A stretch of DNA of 42,641 bases from Hausera hauseri (taxonomy: Eukaryota), in assembly GCA_046269625.1 (NCBI GenBank), contig JBJURY010444355.1, forward strand, positions 1-42,641, given 5' to 3'. The notes under the pieces were generated by a model. It was not told the origin of the DNA, ran no database searches, and saw only the letters and a program-made list of their open reading frames with translations. This document shows, in pieces, positions 29,158 through 41,532 of the stretch. The stretch's first letter is position 1. Each line of letters begins with the position of its first letter. Both the position numbers and the translations under genes were made by a program.

Positions 29158-30480
29158 TCAAGCTTCGCAAGCATCTCTGGCTTCAAAACAGGCAATGGAT
29201 TCGACATGCCCGGTATGCGGAAACATATTAACAACCCCAGCCTCACACAAACGATACCCCAGCACGTGAACCAGAACCTGCGCGTCTCTTGCCAGAGTCG
29301 CTGGATTACACGATACATATACGATGCGACGCGGTGCCAGGTCAGGCTGAATGGCTTTAATTAACTCCATTGCGCCGTCTCTGGGAGGATCAAGCAACCA
29401 TTTTTCAAATCTCCCCCAAGATCGCAAGTCTTCCGTCGTCACTTTGAACAAGTCTCGCTGAATAAACTGCACTTGCTGTAATCCGTTTTGATACGCCACT
29501 TGCTGTGCCCTTCGCACCAGAGAGGGCGACCCCTCAAACCCGGAAACCCGTGCGCCATAGCGCGCAATTGGCAAGGTAAAATTACCAATCCCGCAGAAAA
29601 AGTCAGCAATCGCTTCTCCTTCACACGGCTTCAGCATATGCATAGATCTTTTTACCAATGCCTGATTGACCTGCGGATTGACTTGCGTGAACTCGGTGGG
29701 TTGAAAGGGGTACACCAAGCCAAACTCGGGCAAACGATAATACAAATCCGCTGCATCTGACGGATAAAACCGTTGCGCCGTTTCTGGTTCCTTGGTTTGT
29801 AACCAGACCTGCACTGCATGCTGAGCGGCAAAGTCGCGCAACTGTTGCTCATCAGAAGTTGAAAGCGGTTGCAAAATGCGGAACACCAGTACCGCAGTAT
29901 TTTCGCCCACAGCCACTTCAATTTGGGGAATATGGCTACGAATACTCAAATGCCAGATCATGTGCTGCAATGGCTCAATGAGCGCCGAAATTTTGGGGGG
30001 TAACACCAAGCAGCTTGTCATGAGCGTCACAAAGCTGCTGGCTTTCTCATTAAACCCCACCAGCACTTTATCTTTACGTTCTACATAGCGCACCCTCAAC
30101 CTTGCCTTATGCCGGTATCCGTACAGGGAGCCGATTATGGGCGATAGTATGCGCTCAGGCATAATCTTTCCGATACGTTGAAAATTCTCTTCTAGCATAC
30201 GCTGCTTCAGCGCTACCTGTGTCAACCCGTCAATATGTTGCATGGCACACCCCCCACAAATTCCATAATGCGGACACTTGGGGGGAATACGATGCGAAGA
30301 GGCTTTTTCTACCGACACCAGAACCGCATTGGCATAGCTGGCTTTGTTCCGTGTGATGCGGTATCGCACGGTTTCACCCAGCACCGCCTGATCTACAAAG
30401 ATCACTTTCCCGTCAATCCGGGCAATACCTCGCCCCTCCTGATCGACGCCTTCAATAAAGGCCAAGGGAAACTCAGTCAT
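29158..30480 (-). CDS. rlmD: 23S rRNA (uracil-1939-C5)-methyltransferase RlmD
   Basis: TRAM N-terminus, CPHYGICGGC Fe-S motif, EFTQVN, DFFCGIGNF, LLDPPRDGA, YVSCNPATLARD, NMFPHTGHVES. Start codon uncertain (30480 or 30528). Confidence 0.92.
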   Translation of the reverse strand: MTEFPLAFIEGVDQEGRGIARIDGKVIFVDQAVLGETVRYRITRNKASYANAVLVSVEKASSHRIPPKCPHYGICGGCAMQHIDGLTQVALKQRMLEENFQRIGKIMPERILSPIIGSLYGYRHKARLRVRYVERKDKVLVGFNEKASSFVTLMTSCLVLPPKISALIEPLQHMIWHLSIRSHIPQIEVAVGENTAVLVFRILQPLSTSDEQQLRDFAAQHAVQVWLQTKEPETAQRFYPSDAADLYYRLPEFGLVYPFQPTEFTQVNPQVNQALVKRSMHMLKPCEGEAIADFFCGIGNFTLPIARYGARVSGFEGSPSLVRRAQQVAYQNGLQQVQFIQRDLFKVTTEDLRSWGRFEKWLLDPPRDGAMELIKAIQPDLAPRRIVYVSCNPATLARDAQVLVHVLGYRLCEAGVVNMFPHTGHVESIACFEARDACEA

Positions 30481-30549
30481 CTCTTGAAAATGGAACAGCC
30501 GGTTATGCAGAAATATTGCACGATGCAATATGCCCCTGAAGCCACAAGG

Positions 30550-31329
30550 CTATTGAACAGCCCAAGCCTGCAAAAACTCCTGCCAATGGGGCTTGTTCTC
30601 AGCAGTGATCGACTGGCGCGCCAGTGCCAGCTCCTGCTCATACTGTGTTGGGGTCATATGCCCACGCATCATCTGAAAACGCAGGTACACCAGATAGGTA
30701 TTCATGACATCCGTCTCACAATAATCCCGTATTCTGACAATGCCTCCCCGACACCAGGCACCCCACACTTGCGAACCATCCATGCCCAGTTTGCCTGGAA
30801 ATCCGCACAGATGAGCCATCTGATCCAGTGGGGCATAAGCACGAGGCTGATAGAGCGCCAGCAAATCCATCAAGTCCAGATGCCGGGTATGGTAACGACT
30901 GATGTAATTATTCCACTTGAAATCACGGTCATCCTCGCCAAAATCCCAGTACTTTGCAGCAACCACGCCATGCACCATTGCACGGTAATGCAGCACCGGC
31001 AAATCAAACCCGTTACCGTTCCAGGATACCAACGTTGGCGTGTATTTTTCTATCCCCTCAAAAAAGCGTTGAACCAGCGTTGCCTCGGTATCGTCAGGTG
31101 CCCCTACAGACCAGATTTTGAACTGATCCCGATCCCGAAACGCACAGGCAATGGCGCAAACACGATGCTGATGCAAAGGCAGAAAATCACCGCCGGTTTG
31201 CTGACGGCGCTGATGGAATGCAACTTCTGCAACCGCCTCATCATCCAACCCGTCAGGCAAATCATAGAGTTTACGCAAACCAACGACATCGGGAATGGTT
31301 TCAATATCAAAAACCAGCACCGAACTCAC
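30550..31329 (-). CDS. PolB-related stand-alone 3'-5' exonuclease
   Basis: DEDDy motifs FDIET, SWNGNGFDLPVL, HLDLMD, YCETDV. Confidence 0.88.
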   Translation of the reverse strand: MSSVLVFDIETIPDVVGLRKLYDLPDGLDDEAVAEVAFHQRRQQTGGDFLPLHQHRVCAIACAFRDRDQFKIWSVGAPDDTEATLVQRFFEGIEKYTPTLVSWNGNGFDLPVLHYRAMVHGVVAAKYWDFGEDDRDFKWNNYISRYHTRHLDLMDLLALYQPRAYAPLDQMAHLCGFPGKLGMDGSQVWGAWCRGGIVRIRDYCETDVMNTYLVYLRFQMMRGHMTPTQYEQELALARQSITAENKPHWQEFLQAWAVQ

Positions 31330-31751
31330 TTTTTAACCCAAGCTCCATTGGCATCCTGATACCACCAGCCGACCGACAGCTTTTGTATCCATTTTTGGGC
31401 AAACGTGCTTTTAACCTCTCCTGCCCATTCCGGGTGACCGTTGGCGTTGGCGATTTCCTGATACAAAGCCTGGCGATCCTTGTTTTCTGCCGCCACCAAC
31501 CCTTGCATGGATTGCCGCTTGGCCAATGGGGCAGCTTGTGCATCACGTACCACGATCAGACCGTCACGCGTAAACCCCACGGCACCCAGGTTGTAAAATG
31601 GCTCCAAATCGGCATGCCGAGCCTGCATGGCACCTTGTAAAGCGGTGATGCCTGGCGTATTTACTTGCAAATCGGCCGCAGCGATTACCGCAGAACAAAC
31701 TATGCACCCCAATAACCCAACCATGCTTTTCACCCAATGCATTTTCATCAT
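31326..31751 (-). CDS. YdbL (DUF1318) family exported protein
   Basis: Signal peptide; GAVGFTRDG, LVAAENKDRQALYQEIA, GWWYQDANGAW; lies downstream of ydbH/ynbE-like genes. Start chosen by the AGAGGA RBS. Confidence 0.8.
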   Translation of the reverse strand: MMKMHWVKSMVGLLGCIVCSAVIAAADLQVNTPGITALQGAMQARHADLEPFYNLGAVGFTRDGLIVVRDAQAAPLAKRQSMQGLVAAENKDRQALYQEIANANGHPEWAGEVKSTFAQKWIQKLSVGWWYQDANGAWVKK

Positions 31752-31799
31752 CCTGATTCCTCTTCTCTTCATCACTTCTTAATGTATCCAACACAACTT

Positions 31800-31982
31800 C
31801 TAAGGCTTTCTGGCGGCTGGATCAGCAGATTTTTTGTCTGTTTCCGGCGATTTGCGTTGCCACACCTGGTCAATAATCTTATCAGCTGCTTTTTCTGCCG
31901 CAGCGGCTGGAAAATAAATGTTGATTGTCACACAGCCAGATACCAGCAACACTCCGAACAAGGTTAGCACTCCCGATTTCAT
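31800..31982 (-). CDS. Small lipoprotein, YnbE-like
   Basis: Lipobox VSGC followed by VTINIYFPAAAAEKAADKII; located between ydbH-like and ydbL-like genes. Confidence 0.75.
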   Translation of the reverse strand: MKSGVLTLFGVLLVSGCVTINIYFPAAAAEKAADKIIDQVWQRKSPETDKKSADPAARKP

Positions 31983-32000
31983 AAACACCCTTTCACGAAA

Positions 32001-33956
32001 CTATTGAACCATCGCCTGGACATCTGCTTGTGTGATGCGTTGCAAACGCCTCAGCAACTCCTCCCAATCCACCTGATGATTGTACCCCAACACGGTAATT
32101 GCCGGCACACTGCGACCTTCTACAATCACATATCCCGCCGGAGTTTGCCTGATACCATTCATCTCACACACCCCATTCGACAGTTTGCAGCTCAGTCCGA
32201 TTTGCTCGTAATTGAACTGCTCAAAAAAACGCAGAAAACTGCGCTGTATTGCGGCTGCCGCACCTGCCCCACCCAGAGCGGAGATATTTTCAACCGCACG
32301 TTGCGAGATTTTCTTGCGATATTTACCCGGACTACTGAAAAAGGCCGCATCAAAGCTTGCCGGAGTACCATTGACCAACGCCAAGTCGTGTATTTTGCCA
32401 TCCAGAAACCCTTCAACCTTGCCAAAGGAAAATACCTGGGTCAGCGCACCTAGGTTCAACCTTGCTATTTCCAGATTGGCGTGCAAGCGTACAGCGGCAC
32501 CCAACGGGGCATTCATCTGCACATCGGTCATCGTAACCTTGCCATCAAATACATCAAAAACCACTTGACCATCAACACGCAGATTCCGCTCGCTATAAGT
32601 CACCATGGGTACCTGAGCCGAAATCTTGCCGCTCATGCTTTTCCAGCCCAATGCCTGGCTCAAAGCACCCAGAGAAACTTCCGACACCCCTGGCATCACA
32701 TGCCAGTGCCAGGCACCGTGAATCAACGTGGCTGAAACCTGATCCAGCGTTAATGCACCATCCAGCAACGGCAGCCTGATCTGCGGTGCAGTCAATGAAT
32801 ATCCATATAACCCTGCCTTCACCTGGGTGGCATGCAGCGGAATTTTGAGAAGATTCCCGTGGTCATAGCGCAGTTCTGCCTGTGTGGGCTGATCCTGAGA
32901 CCACGGCACCTGTGCAAAGACATGCGCCAGTGCAAAGCGTCCCTGCCGGTCAGCAAGGTTGACATCTCGCAGTACGACTTCAAATGCCTGCACCTGATCG
33001 TTTGCCAGATTTACCGATGCATCCACTCTCCCATCCACCGTCATATCTGCCAACAACCCACCGACTGCCCATGGTTTTAACAGCTGGATATAGGCCTGAC
33101 CGGCATTCAAATCCGGGGCTTGTATGGTCAAATTTTTCCATACCCGGTCTGCCCATGCCATACGCCCGGCGAGCTGCATCACACCGATTTGATTCAGGCT
33201 GATCCGCATCGGATGCAACTCCAGCCCTTTGTCATCCCACCGGCCTTGTGCAGTCAGCGCATGCCCTCCTTGGGCAAAATACCAAGGCTGCCAATACAGT
33301 TCCCCGGCCTGCCAGTTGGCACTCAACTGCCAATCCCAACCTTTTGCCTGCTGCTGTAGACTTGCCCGAATGTCCCAGTCCAGCTTTGAAGCAGCCTGTG
33401 AACCTTCGGCATTACTAAAGCTTAAGCCCTGTACCTGCATCACGCCGGTGATTTTCGTACCTTGCTGTAGCTGAATCTGCCCGGAAAGCCTGCCTTCGCT
33501 GATTTTCACCGGCAACGGCATCAGTCGATCCAGCCGGGTTAAATCCACATTTTGCATACTGGCATCAACCGCCACATCTCGCCCACGCCAATCGGCGTGT
33601 ACCTGCCACCGGTCTTTTCCGGTCAGACTGAAATTCATTTGCAAAAACTGCCGTTCCAGATTCAAATCCAGCGCCAAGGGTATCGTTTGCCCACCGATGA
33701 GCAGCTTGGCCTGGGCGCAGTCATAATGCTGCAAATTCAGCAGATGTAAATAACGGCATGTCAGGGTGACGTTTTGCCAGCGATAATCGGCAATACCCAA
33801 CTGCCCAATGCGGATATACAACGCTGGCCGGTTCGACACCTCCAGTTGCACGCTCACTGCCTGCAACTGCAACGCAGGTGTCTCCACATGATCAAGCTCC
33901 AGCACCATGCGCTGTACTGCGGATGCCGGAAGCGCCAGCATGTACAACACCAGCAT
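32001..33956 (-). CDS. YdbH-like (AsmA-like clan) beta-rich envelope protein
   Basis: Hydrophobic N-terminus, beta-strand-rich body, C-terminal KISQRAVENISALGG..FFEQFNYEQIGLSC; operon with the lipoprotein and YdbL. Start uncertain (33956-34019). Confidence 0.7.
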   Translation of the reverse strand: MLVLYMLALPASAVQRMVLELDHVETPALQLQAVSVQLEVSNRPALYIRIGQLGIADYRWQNVTLTCRYLHLLNLQHYDCAQAKLLIGGQTIPLALDLNLERQFLQMNFSLTGKDRWQVHADWRGRDVAVDASMQNVDLTRLDRLMPLPVKISEGRLSGQIQLQQGTKITGVMQVQGLSFSNAEGSQAASKLDWDIRASLQQQAKGWDWQLSANWQAGELYWQPWYFAQGGHALTAQGRWDDKGLELHPMRISLNQIGVMQLAGRMAWADRVWKNLTIQAPDLNAGQAYIQLLKPWAVGGLLADMTVDGRVDASVNLANDQVQAFEVVLRDVNLADRQGRFALAHVFAQVPWSQDQPTQAELRYDHGNLLKIPLHATQVKAGLYGYSLTAPQIRLPLLDGALTLDQVSATLIHGAWHWHVMPGVSEVSLGALSQALGWKSMSGKISAQVPMVTYSERNLRVDGQVVFDVFDGKVTMTDVQMNAPLGAAVRLHANLEIARLNLGALTQVFSFGKVEGFLDGKIHDLALVNGTPASFDAAFFSSPGKYRKKISQRAVENISALGGAGAAAAIQRSFLRFFEQFNYEQIGLSCKLSNGVCEMNGIRQTPAGYVIVEGRSVPAITVLGYNHQVDWEELLRRLQRITQADVQAMVQ

Positions 33957-33981
33957 GCCGAAGCACGCGAGACGCAACCGG

Positions 33982-34872
33982 CTATTCCGGGAAAACACCA
34001 GTGGAAAGATACCGATCACCCCGATCGCACACGATGGACACGATCACCGCATTTTCAACCTGCTGCGCCAGTTGCAATGCAACAAACAGCGCCCCGCCAG
34101 ACGAAATACCGGCAAATATGCCTTCTCGCCGAGCCATTTGCCGCGTGGTTTCTTCCGCATCGGACTGTTCTACTTCCATCAGTTGATCAACCCTGGAAAA
34201 ATCACAAATTTTGGGCAAATACTCCGCTGGCCAGGCTCGTATGCCGGGAATCTGCGAACCCGCCTTGGGCTGCACACCAATAATCTGGATAGTAGGGTTG
34301 CGCTCTTTCAAATAGCGTGAACACCCCATAATGGTGCCGGTAGTTCCCATACTGGATACAAAATGGCTGATGCGGCCTTGCGTATCGCGCCAAATTTCCG
34401 GGCCTGTTGTTTCGTAGTGCGCCTGTGGGTTATCGGGATTGGCAAACTGATCCAGAATGATGCCTATGCCATCCCGCTGCATTTGCTCGGCCACATCACG
34501 CGCAGCTTCCATGCTCCCGGCTTTGGGTGTCAGCACCAGTTCGGCACCATAGGCTTTCATCACCTGCCGTCTTTCTACCGACTGATTTTCTGGCATGACC
34601 AGTATCATGCGATAACCTTTAATCGCCGCAGCCATGGCCAACGCAATGCCTGTATTGCCCGAAGTGGCTTCTATCAACGTATCGCCCGGCTTGATGCGCC
34701 CCCGCGCCTCTGCCCGCACTATCATGGACAACGCAGGTCTGTCCTTGACTGAACCGGCCGGATTGTTCCCTTCCAGCTTCAGCAGAATGACATTGTTGCG
34801 CGCCCCGTCATACAATCGCTGCAACCGAACCAACGGGGTATTTCCTACGTAATGTTCCAATGTTCTGTCCAT
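33982..34872 (-). CDS. cysM: Cysteine synthase B
   Basis: VGNTPLVRL, KLEGNNPAGSVKDR (PLP lysine), ATSGNTG, SSMGTTGT, CDRGDRYLSTGVF. ATG at 34872 overlaps the dsbB stop (TGATG). Confidence 0.95.
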   Translation of the reverse strand: MDRTLEHYVGNTPLVRLQRLYDGARNNVILLKLEGNNPAGSVKDRPALSMIVRAEARGRIKPGDTLIEATSGNTGIALAMAAAIKGYRMILVMPENQSVERRQVMKAYGAELVLTPKAGSMEAARDVAEQMQRDGIGIILDQFANPDNPQAHYETTGPEIWRDTQGRISHFVSSMGTTGTIMGCSRYLKERNPTIQIIGVQPKAGSQIPGIRAWPAEYLPKICDFSRVDQLMEVEQSDAEETTRQMARREGIFAGISSGGALFVALQLAQQVENAVIVSIVCDRGDRYLSTGVFPE

Positions 34873-35384
34873 CAACTCGTTTTCCTGATCCGAAACACCA
34901 CAACAGCCCAACACCCCAGCAACAAGAACGCCAATAACGCCAATTGCGGTATGGTGATACCCAACAAGGTCCAATCTACACGCGAGCACTCCCCTGTGCC
35001 CTGAAACAACAGGGTCAGAAACTCCTGAAAAGGAAAATTATGCAGCATGTAAGCAAAATCCACCCCGCACTCTGTCGGCAATGCATCCGGGTAGCTTTGT
35101 ATCCAGATATGTCGCACGGCAATCCCGGCACCCAGCACCGCCAATGCAGCTTGCATCAGCAAACCGATCCGGGCTGCCCTGCCCGGAGAGCCATGAATCA
35201 GATGCTGAGACACGGCCATCCACAAAAAAACCAGCCCCAACGCCATCAAGATCACGCGCTGGGTAATACACAACGGGCAAGGATCCAGGTGAAATTGGAC
35301 TTGCAGAATGAGCGCCAGACCAACCAGTGCAAAACAGGTCAAAAAGCCTGTCCAGTAACCCCAACGAGCAATCAGCCGCTTCAT
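34872..35384 (-). CDS. dsbB: Disulfide bond formation protein DsbB
   Basis: PCPLCITQR, four hydrophobic segments, second Cys pair (ECG..GTGEC..VDWTLLG). Confidence 0.93.
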   Translation of the reverse strand: MKRLIARWGYWTGFLTCFALVGLALILQVQFHLDPCPLCITQRVILMALGLVFLWMAVSQHLIHGSPGRAARIGLLMQAALAVLGAGIAVRHIWIQSYPDALPTECGVDFAYMLHNFPFQEFLTLLFQGTGECSRVDWTLLGITIPQLALLAFLLLGCWAVVVFRIRKTS

Positions 35385-35572
35385 GTTCTTTCTCCGGTAA
35401 AGAGGCTCGTATTATCGCATGAGCATTACCCGCCCACACGCCCAACATCAAAAACCATATCGAGTCCAGCGACAGACCAAGCTGAGTGGGGAAAAACCCG
35501 TCACGGCATCCCCCAGTAAGGCAACCGCCCTGTTTTGTTGTACACTAGCGCCCTTCCTGAAACCCCCATGCC

Positions 35573-36091
35573 ATGAGTCGAGCCTTTGTCAAAGAAAATG
35601 ACCTGGAACATGCCGGAATTGATATTCCCGAGCGTATCCCCAGCCCTCATCCCAACTACGTGACTCCACAGGGTCTGCAACAATTGCAAACCCGAGTCAA
35701 CATGCTGCAAGCTGAACAGAGCATCCAACGGGCACAACCGGTCACCCCTTACAGTCGTCAGCAACTTCAGGCTCTGACGCGAGACCTGGCCTATTTCCAA
35801 CTGCGCCTGGAACAGGCCATCGTCGTTCCCACTCCCCAAGGTTCCCCATCCACCGTACTATTCGGGGCAACCGTAACCGTAGAGGATGAAGACGGCAACT
35901 CGCAGCAATTTCATGTGGTGGGGGAAGACGAAGCCGACATCAAGCAGCATAAAATCAGTTGGACTTCACCCCTGGGGCAAGCCCTGCTCGGCCATCAGGT
36001 TGGTGAAACCGTGCTGTGGCAACGTCCGGCGGGCGCTACAACCTTGGAAATCATGGTCATTCATTACCTTACAGAAACTTCCTCATGCTGA
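35573..36091 (+). CDS. GreA/GreB-family protein (non-canonical)
   Basis: [42 protein letters not shown]-terminal domain. Lacks the GD(L/R)SENA acidic tip. Confidence 0.85.
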   Translation: MSRAFVKENDLEHAGIDIPERIPSPHPNYVTPQGLQQLQTRVNMLQAEQSIQRAQPVTPYSRQQLQALTRDLAYFQLRLEQAIVVPTPQGSPSTVLFGATVTVEDEDGNSQQFHVVGEDEADIKQHKISWTSPLGQALLGHQVGETVLWQRPAGATTLEIMVIHYLTETSSC

Positions 36092-37683
36092 TTACCCATA
36101 ACATTACGATGCAGTTCGGTGCCAAGCCGCTATTTGAAAATATCTCGGTCAAATTTGGCGAAGGCAACCGCTATGGCCTGATCGGTGCCAATGGTTGCGG
36201 CAAATCCACATTGATGAAAATACTGGCCGGACAACTGGAGCCCAGCACCGGGAGCGTCGCACTGGATGCTACCGAGCGCCTGGCCTGGTTACGGCAAGAC
36301 CAGTTTGCTTATGAAGCCGAACGCACGCTAGATGTAGTCATGATGGGACATGAAGAAATGTGGCGTATCCACCAGGAAAAAAACGCCATTTATAGCAACC
36401 CGGATGCCAGCGAAGACGACTTTTTGCATGCCGCAGAGCTGGAAGCCCGCTTTGCCGAACTGGATGGTTATACCGCAGAATCGCGTGCCGGTGAGCTGTT
36501 GAACGGAGTGGGCATTGCAGCAGCCCTGCACCAGGCACCCATGAGTGAAGTGGCACCTGGCTGGAAACTGCGGGTGTTACTGGCTCAGGCACTTTTTGCT
36601 GATCCGGATATTCTGCTGCTGGACGAACCCACCAACAACCTGGACATTAACACCATCCGCTGGCTGGAGGAGATCATCAACGAGCGCAATGCCACCATGC
36701 TGATTATTTCGCACGACCGGCATTTTTTAAACCAGGTGTGTACCCATATGGCAGACATGGACTATGGCAAGCTGACGGTGTACCCAGGTAATTACGATGA
36801 TTATCTGGAGGCCTCGACCCAAGCACGGGAACAGTTGCAGCGCAGCAACGCCAGAGCTAAAGAGCGCATTGCCGACCTGCAAGCCTTTGTGCGGCGATTT
36901 TCAGCCAACAAATCCAAGTCGCGTCAAGCCACCAGCCGTTTGAAGCAAATCGACAAGATCAAGGTGGAAGATATGAAACCTTCCAGCCGCCAGTATCCAT
37001 ATATCCGCTTTGAATACGACGACAAAATCAAGCTGCACCGACAGGCATTGGAACTGCAAAATCTGGGGCACGGTTATGATCGCTTGCTGTTTGGCAAACT
37101 GAATCTGAGACTGGAAGCCGGTGAGAAAATCGCCATCATTGGTGAAAACGGCGTGGGTAAGACCACCCTGTTACGCTGCCTGGTGGGGGAACTCTCACCG
37201 CGTGAGGGCAGCATAAAATGGGCCGAGAAAGCCAACATTGGCTATTACGCGCAAGATCATGCTACCTGGTTTGACAGCACGACCGGCCTGTTTGAATGGG
37301 TCAAGCAGTGGGCGCAAGAAGGGGACGATGACACCGTGATACGGGGCATATTGGGACGACTGCTGTTCTCTGGGGACGAAGTGAAAAAGCCGGTGCGCGT
37401 ACTCTCGGGGGGAGAAAAAGGCCGCCTGTTGCTCGGCAAGCTGATGTTGAGTCGCCACAATGTACTGGTTATGGACGAACCCACCAACCACATGGACATG
37501 GAATCCATAGAATCGTTAAACACGGCGCTGGATCAGTATGCCGGTACGCTGATGTTTGTGAGCCATGACCGAGAATTTGTTTCTAGTATTGCCACACAAA
37601 TCATTGATATACGGCCAGAAGGCGTTCAACATTTTGTCGGCACTTACGAGGACTACCTGCACAGCCAAGGTGTGGAATCCTGA
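36085..37683 (+). CDS. ABC-F family ATPase (YbiT-like)
   Basis: Two ABC domains ([18 protein letters not shown]; [19 protein letters not shown]), no transmembrane segments. Typical start [21 protein letters not shown]. Confidence 0.92.
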   Translation: MLITHNITMQFGAKPLFENISVKFGEGNRYGLIGANGCGKSTLMKILAGQLEPSTGSVALDATERLAWLRQDQFAYEAERTLDVVMMGHEEMWRIHQEKNAIYSNPDASEDDFLHAAELEARFAELDGYTAESRAGELLNGVGIAAALHQAPMSEVAPGWKLRVLLAQALFADPDILLLDEPTNNLDINTIRWLEEIINERNATMLIISHDRHFLNQVCTHMADMDYGKLTVYPGNYDDYLEASTQAREQLQRSNARAKERIADLQAFVRRFSANKSKSRQATSRLKQIDKIKVEDMKPSSRQYPYIRFEYDDKIKLHRQALELQNLGHGYDRLLFGKLNLRLEAGEKIAIIGENGVGKTTLLRCLVGELSPREGSIKWAEKANIGYYAQDHATWFDSTTGLFEWVKQWAQEGDDDTVIRGILGRLLFSGDEVKKPVRVLSGGEKGRLLLGKLMLSRHNVLVMDEPTNHMDMESIESLNTALDQYAGTLMFVSHDREFVSSIATQIIDIRPEGVQHFVGTYEDYLHSQGVES

Positions 37684-37853
37684 TCAAGCGGTATCATTCA
37701 GGCAACATTAACCGGGGATACCTCTGAGAACTCAACCAGACGGTCAAAAATCATGAGAGGCGCCATATTTAAACTGGTCAACGTTAGCCAGAGTTGTTCT
37801 TCATTTTTGAATCTACGGTCTATATCATCACAATATTGGTTCGGCATAGACAA

Positions 37854-37882
37854 TTTACCGGCAAGGGCAGTGCCGCTATAAT
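37854..37882 (+). promoter_or_regulatory. Putative sigma-70 promoter of guaBA
   Basis: TTTACC-N17-TATAAT, 25 nt upstream of the guaB ATG; GAGG RBS follows. Confidence 0.6.
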
Positions 37883-37898
37883 TTCGCTTTGCCATTGA

Positions 37899-39368
<1,470 letters not shown>

Positions 39369-39392
39369 TCCTGCCAAGCCGGCTCTTTATTG

Positions 39393-40952
39393 ATGCAGAA
39401 AATCCTGATACTTGATTTTGGTTCGCAATACACACAGCTTATTGCCCGACGTATACGCGAATTACAGGTTTATTGTGAAATTCACGCCTGCGATGCCTCA
39501 CCGGAAAGCCTGCGCCAGTTTTCGCCCTGCGCGGTGATCTTGTCTGGTGGACCAAATTCCGCATATCACGATGACACCCTGCAAATTCCGCCACTGGTAT
39601 TTGAGTGGAAAGTACCCGTATTGGGTATCTGCTACGGCATGCAAGCGATGGCGGTGCAATTGGGTGGAGCGGTGCAGAAATCCGATCATCGTGAGTTTGG
39701 CTACGCCGAAGTTCGGGCACGGGGGCATTCGATATTATTGCGCGATATTCAAGACCGCACCAATGCCGCCCAACACGGCTTACTCGATGTTTGGATGAGT
39801 CATGGTGATTCAGTCACTACGCTTCCCCCAGGTTTCAAGGTGATCGCCAGCAATGCAACAACGCCGATTGCCGGCATGGCCGATGAAAATCGCAAACTCT
39901 ACGCCCTGCAATTTCACCCTGAGGTTACGCATACCAAACAGGGATCTGCCATTCTGGAGAGATTTGTACGGGAAGTTTGCGGTTGCACACCGGATTGGAC
40001 AATGCCCAATTACCTGCAGCAAGCCATTGAACGCATACGCCAGCAAGTCGGGCAGGAGCAAGTGATATTGGGTCTCTCTGGCGGAGTGGACTCTGCTGTG
40101 GCAGCAGCGCTGATCCAGCGTGCTATCGGCTCTCAACTGACTTGTGTTTTTGTGGATAATGGTCTGCTGCGGTTAAACGAAGCAGCGCAGGTTATGCAAA
40201 TATTTGCCCAGAACCTGGGCATAAAAGTCATTCAGGTAGATGCCAGCTCAGCTTTTCTAAACAAACTGGAGGGCATCAGCGACCCAGAACAAAAACGTAA
40301 AATCATCGGTGCAGAGTTTGTCGAAGTATTTCAGCAACAGGCTGCTCAGCTTACCAATGCTAAATGGCTGGCTCAAGGGACAATTTACCCCGATGTGATT
40401 GAGTCCTCCGGCGCCCAGTCTAAAAAAGCGCATACCATCAAGAGCCACCACAACGTCGGGGGCTTACCCGAGAAATTGCACTTGAAGCTGTTGGAGCCAT
40501 TACGCGAACTTTTCAAGGATGAAGTGCGGCTACTCGGTCTGGAGCTGGGGTTGCCACGCCACCTGGTGTACCGCCACCCGTTCCCAGGTCCTGGATTGGG
40601 TGTGAGGATACTGGGGGAGGTCAAAGCTGTATATGCTGATTTATTGCGTCGTGCCGATGCGATTTTTATTGATGAACTGCATCGGGCTGGCTGGTATGAC
40701 CAAGTCTCTCAGGCATTTGCGGTATTTCTGCCTGTACGCTCCGTTGGCGTGATGGGAGATGGCCGAACCTATGAGTATGTGGTGGCGCTGCGGGCAGTGG
40801 TCACCCAAGACTTTATGACCGCACATTGGGCGGAAATTCCCTATTCCTTACTGGCAAGAGTAAGCAACCGCGTCATTAACGAAGTACGCGGTATCAATCG
40901 GGTTGTTTATGACGTTTCTGGAAAACCGCCAGCAACGATAGAGTGGGAGTAA
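39393..40952 (+). CDS. guaA: GMP synthase (glutamine-hydrolysing)
   Basis: [52 protein letters not shown]. Confidence 0.98.
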   Translation: MQKILILDFGSQYTQLIARRIRELQVYCEIHACDASPESLRQFSPCAVILSGGPNSAYHDDTLQIPPLVFEWKVPVLGICYGMQAMAVQLGGAVQKSDHREFGYAEVRARGHSILLRDIQDRTNAAQHGLLDVWMSHGDSVTTLPPGFKVIASNATTPIAGMADENRKLYALQFHPEVTHTKQGSAILERFVREVCGCTPDWTMPNYLQQAIERIRQQVGQEQVILGLSGGVDSAVAAALIQRAIGSQLTCVFVDNGLLRLNEAAQVMQIFAQNLGIKVIQVDASSAFLNKLEGISDPEQKRKIIGAEFVEVFQQQAAQLTNAKWLAQGTIYPDVIESSGAQSKKAHTIKSHHNVGGLPEKLHLKLLEPLRELFKDEVRLLGLELGLPRHLVYRHPFPGPGLGVRILGEVKAVYADLLRRADAIFIDELHRAGWYDQVSQAFAVFLPVRSVGVMGDGRTYEYVVALRAVVTQDFMTAHWAEIPYSLLARVSNRVINEVRGINRVVYDVSGKPPATIEWE

Positions 40953-41109
40953 CTCCAAGGCATAAGCCACACCGCACCCCAGAATTCGTGCTCTTCAAGA
41001 GATATTTATGGGAATACCCGCAATTGTGTTACCCAGATTACCAATACTAAAACTCACAAACTGAGAATCAGGCGGACAGCCATGCTGGAAAATCAACGGG
41101 CACACAACC

Positions 41110-41139
41110 AAAAAAAGCCCCTGATTTCTCAAGGGCTTT
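41110..41139 (-). terminator. Rho-independent terminator of the lipoprotein gene
   Basis: Minus strand AAAGCCCTTGA-GAAA-TCAGGGGCTTTTTTT, about 21 nt after the stop codon. Confidence 0.85.
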
Positions 41140-41160
41140 CGGTACAACTATACGACAAAT

Positions 41161-41376
41161 TTACTTGTTAGCAGGAGCAGCGGCATCCTTGGCTGCATCA
41201 GCAGCAGGTGCGGCAGGTGCGGCAGGAGCAGCGGCATCCTTGGCTGCATCAGCAGCAGGTGCGGCAGGAGCAGCGGCATCCTTGGCTGCATCGGCAGCAG
41301 GTGCGGCAGCATCGTTACCACCGCATGCGGCTAACAGAAAAGCAAAAGAAACTGCAATCAGAGCAGAACGAATCAT
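41161..41376 (-). CDS. Small Ala/Pro/Asp-repeat lipoprotein
   Basis: GAGGA RBS, signal peptide with lipobox LAAC, three APAADAAKDAA repeats, own terminator. Confidence 0.85.
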   Translation of the reverse strand: MIRSALIAVSFAFLLAACGGNDAAAPAADAAKDAAAPAAPAADAAKDAAAPAAPAAPAADAAKDAAAPANK

Positions 41377-41447
41377 GTTGTATCCTCATCTTTAAATTAA
41401 TAAACCTTGAATGTGCTTCTCGTACATTTACCTAACCCCTCAAGAAT

Positions 41448-41532
41448 TGCACGGGTCTGCACGGGTCTGTACGGGGCGGTATTCTATAGAATATTTACAT
41501 AAATAAATAGGGGGAACCCCTATTTATTTATG
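41448..41532. promoter_or_regulatory. Cluster of repeats and palindromes in the divergent promoter region
   Basis: TGCACGGGTC x2 plus TGTACGGGG (41448-41476); perfect palindrome TATTCTATAGAATA (41480-41493); perfect 16-bp inverted repeat CATAAATAAATAGGGG-GAA-CCCCTATTTATTTATG (41498-41532). Confidence 0.6.

Noticed and set aside
30235-31359. 374-aa plus-strand ORF
   Set aside because: Antisense to rlmD and the exonuclease gene, both of which have clear motifs.
31326-33956. ydbH-ynbE-ydbL-like operon as a novel system
   Set aside because: Matches an already described, widespread envelope lipid-transport gene arrangement.
34873-34989. N-terminal extension of cysM in the ORF track
   Set aside because: Overlaps dsbB; the homologous start MDRTLEHYVGNTP at 34872 gives a typical TGATG coupling.
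40930-41110. guaA 3' end as a genomic-island integration site
   Set aside because: A known hotspot, but no integrase or duplicated guaA end follows here; the site looks empty.
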